Shown here piece by piece: positions 6,431 to 16,263 of a stretch of 16,263 nt of DNA. The DNA lies in contig JBHGNT010000757.1 in assembly GCA_043228905.1 (NCBI GenBank), positions 1 to 16,263 of the forward strand. The letters run 5' to 3'. The notes under the pieces are model-generated. The model saw only the letters and a list, made by a program, of their open reading frames with translations. It was not told the DNA's origin and searched no databases. The position numbers and the translations under genes are program-made. The first letter of the stretch is position 1, and each line of letters begins with the position of its first letter. The stretch comes from Azolla caroliniana (Eukaryota > Plantae > Polypodiophyta).

Positions 6431-7518
6431 CGGCCTACCAGTTCGCACATGGGTCTAGATACCGATCTGGATCCGGTTGAGCTTGTCTGCCCAACAATCT
6501 TAACTTTACCTTTGTCCAACCTGGCTGATGGTTGCGTTGAGCTTTGGTTGCTCGACTGCAGCGATGGTCCACTTATCATGGTTGATCTTGGACTAGTAGG
6601 TATAGGTCTCAGCTGAATGTCATCATTTGAGTTGATATCTGACTCTTCCTTAGTCGGGCTTGACGGAGCCAAATCGAGTTCATATTAGGATGTCGATTCG
6701 TTGAAGATAACATCCCGACTTACCCAAACTAAATGAGTAGAAGGGTTGAAGCACTTGTATCCATTTTGTTCGGATGAATATCACACGAGAATGCATTTTT
6801 CCGACTTCGGGTGGAGCTTCTGTCGTTTTTCATTCAGAATGTGAACATACACAATATTTTCAAACACTTGTAGATGCGACAGACTCAACTTCTTTCCAGC
6901 ATACACCTCGTGTGGAGTTAGTTTGTGTGCTCCAATAGTTGTGCATCCATTCAGAATGTAGATGGTTGTGCATGCCACTTTGGCCCAATAGTATTTTGGC
7001 ATGTGCTTTTCGTTTATCATGGTGCGTGCTACCTCGAGTATGTGCCGATTCTTTCTTTCGGCTACACCATTTTGTTGGGGTGTGTGTAGGCATGAAATTT
7101 CTCTACATATGCCCTCACTTTGGAGATAGGAGATGAATTTGTTGGAGAAATACTCCTCTCCATCTGATCATAGGCAATGAATATGTCCGCCCATTTCCTT
7201 TTTGACTTGGTTCTTGACCTTTTGGAAGTGGGAGAGTGTTGAACACTCTTTTTCTTCATTGGAAAAATCCAAGTGCATTGAGAGTAATCGTCAATGAAGG
7301 TCCGTTGCTTACATGTCTCTCTTTTGCGAGTAGGAGTCGATGTTGTTTGCTCAGTGGCATGCTTCACACACTCAGTCGACTTGTTTCAACTCAAAGTTTG
7401 GAAGTCCAATGACGACTCCCTTCGATTGCATAGCTCAAACCCGTTGGAGGTTGATGTGGTTGATTCTCTTGTGCCACATCTCGATATTCCTCTCAACCTT
7501 GAGACCTTTGGCATACAT
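6431..7518 (-). pseudogene. Degenerate Ty1/Copia pol remnant (integrase zinc finger, partial core, C-terminal domain and linker); Gag, PR, RT and RNase H absent
   Basis: The minus strand reads MYAKGLKVERNIEMWHKRINHINLQRV*AMQSKGVVIGLP...VD*VCEACH*, then TFIDDYSQCTWIFPMKKK, MPKYYWAKVACTTIYILN, LQVFENIVYVHILNEKRQKLHPKSEKCILV*YSSEQNGYKCFNPSTHLVWVSRDVIFNES. It has multiple stops and frameshifts. Confidence 0.9.
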
Positions 7519-8082
7519 GACCATATGTGATCTCTCGCTAGATCAACGAGGTTGTATTATGCCTCGATATCTCTCCTTATATGCATCTTCGTCTAGTGTT
7601 TCATGTGTCCCTTTTGGAACCATATTCTTCATCAAATGGGGGAAACAACACACATCAATGCATGGTAGAGCCAATCCCCTTGTCAACCATCCGAACCATT
7701 GCTTCTATGTGACTTGGCTCACACTCATTACAATGTAAAATAGGGCGTTGGGACACAAGTGATGAGATTAATTGACTATGCAGACTTTGGCTAAACAAGT
7801 TTGGAAGTTTGATTATCACACTTTAATACAATGCTCTGAATTTGATCACATCCGGCTATGCTTTTAGTCATCTTTGACCAGACCCAATCCTTGCACAAAT
7901 TTCTCTGACAAACACTATGTGCACTCTTGGTTGGAACATTAATTAGTAAAGTACTTGAAGATCGAGTATCGCTATTGACTTTCACATGTACGACTTGAAA
8001 ATGTTATATTTTTTGTCTCATTGATCATATTTGACCTTCAAAGATGATAAGAAAATCTCTCTCTGCCTCTCCCCGCTCTCTT

Positions 8083-8458
8083 TCTAGTTGTGGCTTGGTG
8101 TTTTACACCATGGCATGAAAGCCATAAAATTGAGAGAAGCTAGGTTTGACCCTCCCCATGGGCTAGACCCCGTGTCATAGATCGGAATCAGTCTCTTATG
8201 GATCTTAAAAAGATATCTATCTATCTACCTTTCTCTCCCTCTCCAAGTTCGGTCCTTGTCATGGACTAGGCCCTGTCTCATAGATTGCAATCGGTTTCTC
8301 GCAGATGTTAAAAACATATCTATCTATTTATCGAACTATTGGTTTGGTGGATTAAACTAGAGCATCAAAGTCATAAATTGATGGAACCCAAGTTTGATCC
8401 TCGTCATCATCTCATAGATTTCAATTGGTTTCCACTAGATGTTCGAAAGATATCTACC
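8083..8458 (+). repeat. Three degenerate tandem copies of a tRNA-related / SINE-like unit (~8083-8227, ~8243-8332 5'-truncated, ~8335-8458)
   Basis: All three share a B-box-like head followed by TCATAGAT...AATC/AATT...GAT(C/G)TT...ATATCTA. A-box-like TGGCTTGGTG (8091) and TGGTTTGGTGG (8340). B-box-like GGTTTGACCC (8143), AGTTCGGTCC (8246) and AGTTTGATCC (8391). (TATC)n tails. The repeat itself is seen directly; SINE identity is inference. Confidence 0.55.
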
Positions 8459-8940
8459 TCTCCCCTTTTACACACGCATCTCTTGATTATCTTTGACATA
8501 CTACATAATGATATGCATTGATACTAATTGTCTAGCTCTTTACAAAGATGGCATGAGCCTTTGATGGTATAGTCCTCTCACCAAGACATGGTCAAGGTTG
8601 TATAATACACCAAACATTAGCTATATTGGTGTTCATATCAAATAAGTCACTCTTGAACCTTATGCTTGTAAGTCAATGCAGGATATGTACAACAAACATC
8701 CACAGTGCCATAAAGACCTAATGATGTATGATTCTTAGAGTCTAGAAAGTTCTGAGACCACATAAGTGGATCGAAAAACAAGAAGAGAACAACAAGAACA
8801 AGAACGATAATAAGGCGATGTGATGTGGGGATATTATGTGTACATAAGCATGTTTGAGTAAAAAATGACATAAAAGAATGAATGTATGTGAAAGTGAGGA
8901 CATGAGATAATGAAGGAAAGGAAGGGCATCTCAATCTCAT

Positions 8941-9090
8941 TGATTGGGCGAGAGAACCTCCTTATCCTCTCATCGAAAGTTGAATGGTGGGAGATTGAGA
9001 TTCACCCAATAGGGATAGACGAGACACACACACCGTCCGATAAATTAAACGCGATGTGTTGAACCGTCCGATGCGAGGCGATATATAAAA
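8941..9090 (+). promoter_or_regulatory. Putative psbY proximal promoter
   Basis: TATA-like ATATATAAAA at 9081-9090, ~90 bp before the ATG and followed by a GAA-rich leader. CCAAT at 9006-9010 and reverse ATTGG at 8943-8947. I-box-like CTTATCC (reverse GGATAAG) at 8961-8967, a motif typical of light-regulated photosynthesis genes. Confidence 0.5.
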
Positions 9091-9176
9091 TCTGAAAGAA
9101 ACTGAGAAGCAGAAGAAGAAACAGAGAAGAAGAAGAAGACGAAGACGAGACATAAGCTTTTGGATTTGCCGTGGCC

Positions 9177-9773
9177 ATGGCTTTGCTCACAGCTGCATCT
9201 AGCCTTTCTACATCTCTCTCCATCCGCGCCTTCCATTCCTCTCCTTCGGGAAGCCAGGTGTCGCGATCCCAAAGCGCAAACAATGTTGCTCTGTCGATCC
9301 GATCTTCTTCCCTACCCAGTCTCGATCTAACCCTATGCAAAGAGCAAGTGGAGACCGGCGGCAAAGCATTAGCCGGGGCGATGTTCGCCACCATGGCGAC
9401 GTCGGGATCAGCTGCAGCTGCACAAGAAGTGCTTAACATGGTGGCAGCTGCAGCTCAAGAAGGCGATGATAAACGTGGCTTCGCCCTTCTCCTCACTTTA
9501 GTGCCTGCGATCGGCTGGGTACTTTTCAACATCCTACGGCCAGGATTGAACCAACTGGACAAGATGAGGAGTGCTAAGGCAATGGCGATCGGGATCGGTA
9601 TTGGGGCGGCTATTCTGGCAGCACCGCCAGCATTTGCGGCCGCCGCCCCTGACAACGACTCGCGGGGGACCCTCCTTTTGTTTGTCCTCTTCCCTGCCAT
9701 CGGTTGGGTCCTCTATAACATCCTCCGACCCGCACTCAATCAACTCGACAAAATGCGGTCCACCCAGAAATGA
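9177..9773 (+). CDS. psbY: Photosystem II core complex proteins PsbY precursor, chloroplastic (198-aa polyprotein yielding PsbY-A1 and PsbY-A2), intronless
   Basis: Ser-rich plastid transit peptide, then two units of hydrophobic signal ending in A-x-A plus a PsbY domain: DKRGFALLLTLVPAIGWVLFNILRPGLNQLDKM and DSRGTLLLFVLFPAIGWVLYNILRPALNQLDKM. ATG 9177 is in GCCATGG context; the track's GTG at 9171 is not the likely start. Confidence 0.95.
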   Translation: MALLTAASSLSTSLSIRAFHSSPSGSQVSRSQSANNVALSIRSSSLPSLDLTLCKEQVETGGKALAGAMFATMATSGSAAAAQEVLNMVAAAAQEGDDKRGFALLLTLVPAIGWVLFNILRPGLNQLDKMRSAKAMAIGIGIGAAILAAPPAFAAAAPDNDSRGTLLLFVLFPAIGWVLYNILRPALNQLDKMRSTQK

Positions 9774-11443
9774 AGCATCCTAAAATGTTTGTCCACGGTG
9801 ATCCATCCGCCCTCTTCATGCTCCTTAAATTTGTAACATATTTTGATGTCCCCTTTGTGAAACTTTGACAATTTTACATATTTTCAAGAAATTTTGGTTC
9901 TCAATTAGTTTGTTTGGTAAGTCATGTGGGATAAGGTATAAGAATTATAGGTGCTATTGGAATCAATCAATCCATGTATCTTTAACTGATAGGAATTACA
10001 TGTTTTTTTTAAGGGGCAATATTTGGGTGGTTTAAACTTAGATCGAAGGTAAGGTAATATATAAGCATTAAATGTCATGTTTTGAAGGTAACGTTTGAGT
10101 GAGGTGTTTTGGAACTCAATTAAATGTGTATGCTAGCTAGCATCATATAATCCCCAATGCATCACACAAGGTAACACCGGGATCAGGACCTCAATGCATG
10201 ACATTAGCCATTCAGTTAGAAATTGATTGATTGATTGATGCGTTTCTATTCTTGGACCCTGCTCTTTCTCCTCACTTTTATATTTGCACTCCATCTTTTT
10301 GACGAAACTGATCCACAAACGAAACAGGCTCAATGTCCTCAAGCTGATTGATTATATGTACACACATTCATGAAATTCCTAATGTCCGCGTAGCATCCCC
10401 CAAGCTCTAGGACGCCTTCTTTACATAGTCGAAGCCATCTCAACTCCCGGATGAGAAGACATTATAAGTGAACGTTTGAAAACCCAGGTCTATGACTTCA
10501 TTCAAAGGGGCATAAGTCTAGGACCATTACCTTTTTTATGCTCCTTTTGTGTGGGTGGGCTAGCAAGTTGAGTGAGCCCCATCCATGCTTTCAAACATGA
10601 TGAAGTTGAAGATACTGGCTTTTAGACATGGCCATAGGCCCATAACATTGACAATGACCATTTTAAATGTGAAATAGGCAGCATCATACATTGATTCAAG
10701 AGAAAAAAGCCCTTTGGAAGTAAAACCCTTTAATTGAAGCAATGAAAGTAGCACCAACACCAATAAGTCGGCTAAGTGACCAAAAACCATTGAATAAAAT
10801 ATCACATGAAATGAAATAAACGAGATTTATGTTGTTTGTATGTGCATGTAGATAGGCGTACACAACACAACGTTTCTCAACACCTCTTTGTCTTGACCTT
10901 TATGATTTACTAATGCACCATATGTGAAGACTATTGCAACAACCTTACCATCAACAAAAAGCATTACATTTTCACCCAATAAAATGTTTGGGGCCCATCA
11001 AGCCCCAAGGGTGACTTCAAAAATTGTCAATGACCTCGTCCCTACATACCTTGAGTAGTATTAGTAGTTGTTTTTTTTGTACAATTTGAAGTTGTTTGTT
11101 TAGGAAGTCATTAGTGCATCGCACCGTAGGTTAGATTACCAATATGTGATGTATGGACTTTGAATAACTACAATGGGTATCCATAGTTGATTTTATTATT
11201 TAGGTTTCCCCTCTAACAATCATTGTGAACCCCTTATTATCATGAAAGTACCAACTATAACAATGCCATGCACATTGGAAATAGGGATATAGTCTTGTAT
11301 GTGTGTGTATGGAAGAAGAAGGTTGGGATACCTGAGTGATGGGGTAGAGAGGAGAATGCAACCATGGAATGCTCTCTTCCATGCATGATGGGGTAACTAA
11401 TGGTTTAATATCAAATTAATTGGGTCCAACTGTATTGTCTACT

Positions 11444-11493
11444 AAAACATATTGAACTTTTTTGGGAAAAAAAAAACAAAAACATATTGAACT
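11444..11493 (+). repeat. 15-bp direct repeat AAAACATATTGAACT flanking a 20-bp T5-GGG-A10-CA spacer
   Basis: Exact copies at 11444-11458 and 11479-11493. Confidence 0.8.
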
Positions 11494-12350
11494 ATTATTT
11501 CCAAGTATTTTATTTGTTCTCTAATTTAATCTCCTTTACCTTGGTCTATAACTTGAACAACTAAACAAAAATGTCATCGAATCACTTATTGAAAATAGTT
11601 ATTGCATGTTTTACAGGAATTAATTAAGGTTTGCGGGTAAAATTGATAAACATTAATACATATGTGGCTCTACAATTAAGGTTTGGGGGGTTCCAAATAC
11701 ATAACTTATACATAAATGAAGTCATAATTTGTGCATGAGCATATGCAAAGAGGTGAAAAAATGTTGAGCATAAGCATGGGGGTTTGTTCTGTTAGGGGGT
11801 TGCCATTGACATCTAATCTTCACAAAGGGTAATGTTCCCGTGAATGATGCGTGTAACAAATGGATGCATAAGAGTTATTGTAGTCATTTAAAAGGTGATT
11901 GTTTTTAAGGAAAGTGAAAGCCAAAGGTCGATGCTACCATATACAAAATATATTTGAAAAGGTTAACTAGAGAGCACAATTAATGTTCCTTTTTAAACCC
12001 TTGCATGTATGGTCTCGAGTTCTTGCAAGCTTTACATTATGTCACCTTCTCGCCCATGCTTCGTAAGAGGGTGTGTATTATTATTCCAAACCTCTACACT
12101 AGGCATACCATACACACAACATGAAAGAAGATAGCATGATAATAAAGAGGAGCATCACATTCCTTATGCCTGGAGACATCTAAGTACCATCAGATGGACC
12201 CGTTACGATGAATGCTCTGAACAATAAATCTACAATGTGAGTGTACATGTGCCTTTGCGCGCGCACGGAGAATAACAGTGATACAGAAAATTGATATGGA
12301 ACAATGAGCGATAAAAGCTAGCTTAGGTCAGCTAGGAGCGCTCTAACTCT

Positions 12351-12403
12351 TACGTGCGCGCACACATACACACACACACACTCTCTCTCTCTCTCTCTCT
12401 CTC
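12351..12403. repeat. Compound microsatellite: alternating purine-pyrimidine (CG/CA)n followed by (CT)n
   Basis: TACGTGCGCGCACACATACACACACACACA then CTCTCT... to 12403, ~740 bp upstream of the ABCG start. Confidence 0.9.
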
Positions 12404-13139
12404 TTTCTTTTATTGTCAATATGGGAAATGAGATTTGGTTTCGGTTTTTCTTCTTGAGGCAATGGTTTTTGATGGAAGTTCGAAAATAATAAAAGCAGCT
12501 TGAGCTTTAATGGACACACACACAAGGGGTCCGGACTCGCACTTTCTTTTTCAGAAACCTACACTTACTCTTCTCTTTTGTTTATAAGTAATAAATTAAT
12601 AATAATAAAAAGCTCAAATGATAAGAATAGTAAGACTTCAAATATTTGTTTTATTGTTTATTATTTATTTAGTATTTTGGGACCAGCCAGTCATCAGTCA
12701 CAAGAGGTCAAGGTGGGTCCTCAGAGAGAGAGAAGAGAGAGAGAGAGCGGATCGCAGCGGCACCCACCGAACTAAACCAAACCAAACTCTCTTTGATTTT
12801 GCCAAATTTGAAGGGCCTTCAAAACACCAAACCACGACGGAGAGAGAGAGGCCCCGCGCCCTTTTTTTCTTTGGATTTGTGGGCTAAATACAACCCCCCA
12901 AAAAATAAGGACAGGACGGAGGCATGGGATGATGATCGATAGATCGATCGACCATAGTAAATAATAACAAATCAAGCAACAGATCAAAATAAAGAGCGCT
13001 TCTCTACCACTATTCCTGCCTCCATCGACATACATATTTGCTTACTATACCTCCTCCTCTTACAGCTTGTAAGCTATTCTTCGCACCTCATTCATTCTAA
13101 TAATAATAAGAATAGGAATAAACAGAAGAAGAAGGGAGC

Positions 13140-13470
13140 ATGTCTCACCACCACCATCAGCAGCAGCAGCAGCATCAAATGGATGAATTTGGACGCAACC
13201 AAACCATGCCAAAACTGAAGCCAAACCAGGTGGCTGTGGTCACTGAATCGCCACCACCTCCACAACCAATATTATCATTATCTGAGAAAGGCAATGGTGC
13301 TTTCCCGGTGGGGTTGGTGGTGGATTCATCACAGCAGGCTGCCCCCTGCCGTGTCAACGTCTTCGAGATCGAGGCTCGCAATGTGTGCTACCGGATCCCT
13401 CGTTCACGCCGGCACGTCCTCCTCGACTCCTGCTGCACTACGTTGTGGTCAAGAAGCAAGGAAGAAGCAT

Positions 13471-13505
<35 letters not shown>

Positions 13506-15383
13506 CCTGCGATGGTGATGAGTCGGAGGAAGGAGTTCATATTGAAAGACGTGAGCTGCGTGGCCAAGGCCGGGGAGATATTGGCGGTGGCTGGGCCGAG
13601 CGGGGCCGGGAAATCCACTCTCCTGGAGGTCCTGGCCGGCCGCATCCGGCCCTCCTCCACCAGCAGCAGCCCTCCTGGCCACAGCATCCTTGTCAACGGC
13701 CGGCCCATGAATGTCTCCGCCTTCAGGCGCGTGTCGGGCTTTATCCCGCAGGCCGATGCGCTCTTCCCTTTGCTCACCGTCCGGGAAACGCTGCACTTCA
13801 GCGCCAGGCTACGGCTGGGGAGGAGCGTCTCCGGCAGCGAGAAGCAGAAGCGAGTGGAGGAGCTGCTGCGGGAGCTGAAGCTGGAGCACGTGGCGGAGAC
13901 GAGGGTGGGCAACGAGGAGAGCCGGGGCGTTTCGGGCGGCGAGCGGAGGAGGGTGTCCATCGGCGTGGACGTCATCCACGACCCCGCCGTCCTCCTGCTG
14001 GACGAGCCCACCTCCGGTCTGGACAGCGCCTCCGCCCTCCACGTCATCGAGATGCTCCACGCCATGGCCAAGTCCAGATGCAGGACCATCGTGCTGAGCA
14101 TCCATCAGCCGAGTTACCGCATCATCCAGCACATCTCCTCCTTTCTGCTTCTCGCCAACGGATCTGTAGTCCACCACGGATCGCTGCCTTCCCTTCACTT
14201 CTGCCTCCTGCACTCGGGTCACCACATTCCGCCACAGGTCAACGTGCTCGAGTATGCGATCGACGCGCTCTCCTCCTCCGATGACAACGACGCGGCCGCC
14301 ATCACCAATAAGGCGAATAGCGCCACCATCACGGCTACTGTAACTACTGATATCCCAATTATCACCTTCGACACTGACAATCACACTGCTGCCATGGATC
14401 CATGGGATGGAGAATCATTCAACACGGCCACGAGCAATGGGAACATGAAGCAGTATTGGACCTCCAACCAGTCGATGTCGATGTCAATGGCACCGTGCTT
14501 TGCCAACAGCATGCTCGTGGAGGTAAGCATCCTGTCGCAGCGTTTTAGCCGGAACATATTCCGGACGCACGAGCTCTTCACGGCAAGGACGCTACAGGCG
14601 GTCGTAGGAGGGCTGGCGATGGGGAGCATCTACATGAACGCAGGGGGGGGCGAGGAGGGGGTGCACAAGCGGCTGGGTTTCTTCGCCTTCACGCTAACGT
14701 ACCTCCTCTCGTCGACAGTGGAGGCATTGCCCATCTTCCTGCAGGAGAGGAGCGTGGTGGTGGCGGAGACGTCGAGGGGGGCATACAGGGTGTCGTCGTA
14801 CATGCTGGCGAATGTGGCGGTGTTCATGCCATTCCTCATGCTGGTGGCCATCCTCTACTCCATCCCAGTCTATTTCCTCATCGGCCTGAGCCCCACAGCC
14901 TGGGGCTTCATCTTCTTCGTGTGGGTGGTGTGGATGGTGCTCATGATGGCCAACTCCTTCGTCGCCTTCTTCGGGGCATTGGTGCCCGACTACATCATGG
15001 GCAACTCCCTCATCTCCGGATGCATGGGCGCCTTCTTCCTCTTCTCCGGCTACTTCATCTCGCCGCAAGACATGCCGCCTTACTGGAGGTTCATGCACTA
15101 CCTCTCTCTCTTCAAGTACCCTCTCGACGCCCTTCTCATCAACGAGTACACCTCCTCCCCATCCCTTTGTTTTGGGCCCCTTCTCCCTTCTCCTTCTTCT
15201 CCTTCTCCTTCTTCTCCTTCTGCTCTCGTTTGTTCCCTCACTGGCCCTCGCATCCTAGAGCAGCTCCATCTCTCCCCATCCTCCAAATGGCCCAACGTAG
15301 CCATCATGCTCACTTTCATCGTAGCCTATCGCCTTCTCTGCTATCTTGTGCTCTCTTTCAAAGTCTCCAGGCGCACCACATGA
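13140..15383 (+). CDS. Half-size ABC transporter, subfamily G (WBC type, NBD-TMD order), intronless, 747 aa; resembles the Arabidopsis ABCG5/ABCG10/ABCG23 group
   Basis: Walker A GPSGAGKST, Q-loop GFIPQ, signature VSGGERRRVSIG, Walker B/D-loop LLLDEPTSGLDS and H-loop SIHQP. The C-terminal membrane domain has LGFFAF, LPIFLQER...E...GAY, FFLFSGYFI and W.FMHYLSLFKYP. The clade call is from recalled motifs. Downstream ATGs at 13179 and 13206 are alternative starts. Confidence 0.95.
13473..13505 (+). repeat. (AGT)11 coding microsatellite encoding poly-Ser within ABCG
   Basis: Perfect trinucleotide run in frame, just N-terminal of the Walker A region. Confidence 0.95.
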
Positions 15384-16263
15384 TCCAATATTTCCCTTCC
15401 TCCTCCTTTCTGCGGATCCAACCCACACATTTCACTCACTCATTCCTTCTTCATTCATGAACTCCTTCCTTACTCAGTTGAATCAGTCTTCTTAATAGAT
15501 GACCATGTTGTTGTAGGTCTTAAATTCACACATACTTATACACATACACGCCATCATAGTATACAGTGACTACATATTATTACAATGTTAAGTTCTCAAC
15601 ACCCTTCACGGCTGCTCCATCCATATCACAGCCTCTTTACTCTCTCCCTCCCTTCATTTTCTTGCCATCACCACCACCCTACATCACGCACTCTCCATAC
15701 AGAAGAGAAGAGAACGGATATCATCAGGAAACTATAGATTGGATGATTAAATCCTTTGCCCCCACTTCAAATATTTCAACTATGATTATATATATAACTC
15801 ATCGACCATATTTCAATGTGATTGATTATACATTTCCAGCATGCTTAGTATACTTCAGGCAACTGTCCATTGGCTACTTGTCTTATTTCCCAGTCTTACG
15901 TCTCACCTATTTGAAGGCACTCAAATCTGATTACTTTTATATTCATGCAAGCTTCATTCCTAAATTTGTATATTTCATTTATGGGTATAAAATGCTAGAT
16001 TAGCTTTCGTTAGCCCTGCCCCCCATCCTGTCCTTTAACAAGAGGCAACCATTTTAGCTCCTTGAGTCATTGCCACAAGTACAAGTTTATAGGATTTAAT
16101 AGCCGATGGCAAAATGCAGATAGAATTTGTGGCGCAATGAATACTGATGTGTTTCATGTGAAAAAGAAACCCACATTTAAACGTCGATAATAAACTACCA
16201 TAGAGAACTAACAATGTTGTCAAATTTTCATGTATGACATACAACACAAAGTTGTTTCCATCC

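Noticed and set aside
8083-8167. Functional tRNA gene
   Set aside because: The A/B boxes are degenerate (GTTTGA rather than GTTCGA) and I cannot build a canonical cloverleaf or anticodon arm. Kept only as a SINE-like repeat.
8083-8458. CRISPR-like array
   Set aside because: Eukaryotic context, long degenerate units, no unique spacers of constant length and no cas genes.
10130-10143. 14-bp palindrome ATGCTAGCTAGCAT and nearby (TTGA)n/(TCAA)n runs
   Set aside because: Isolated low-complexity features with no TIR/TSD structure indicating a MITE.
10280-10465. Possible minus-strand exon fragments (…LRLCKEGVLELGGCYADIRNFMNVC… and LEDIEPVSFVDQFRQKDGVQI*)
   Set aside because: Short, with no recognisable family and no convincing gene structure; cannot be supported without a homology or RNA-seq search.
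13388-14384. Long antisense ORFs (237 aa and 191 aa) opposite the ABCG NBD
   Set aside because: Typical result of high GC3 codon bias on the sense strand; no independent coding signal.
15566-16003. 145-aa ORF downstream of ABCG
   Set aside because: GTG start, AT-rich and low-complexity, with no motif; most likely 3' UTR or intergenic sequence.

Overview
Land-plant nuclear DNA with a transposon-rich left half and two intronless host genes on the right. (1) A complete, apparently very young Ty1/Copia LTR retrotransposon of the Tnt1/Tto1 (Tork)-like type spans 649-5906. It has two 580-bp LTRs with no mismatch visible by eye, a 5-bp target-site duplication CCTTG, a tRNA-iMet primer-binding site, a polypurine tract and one uninterrupted 1352-aa Gag-PR-INT-RT-RH ORF. 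(2) It is inserted into what looks like the 3' LTR of a different, older LTR element (231-648 + 5912-~6019). (3) A decayed minus-strand Copia integrase remnant lacking RT/RNase H lies at ~6231-7520. (4) Three degenerate tRNA/SINE-like repeat units lie at ~8083-8458. (5) The nuclear psbY gene (two-subunit photosystem II polyprotein) is at 9177-9773. (6) A half-size ABCG (WBC) transporter gene is at 13140-15383. I see no convincing wholly new biological system. The best candidates for novelty are a possibly still-active Copia with strong CCGG enrichment, a TATA-in-palindrome promoter design shared by two otherwise dissimilar LTRs, and a possibly unannotated tRNA-derived SINE-like family.
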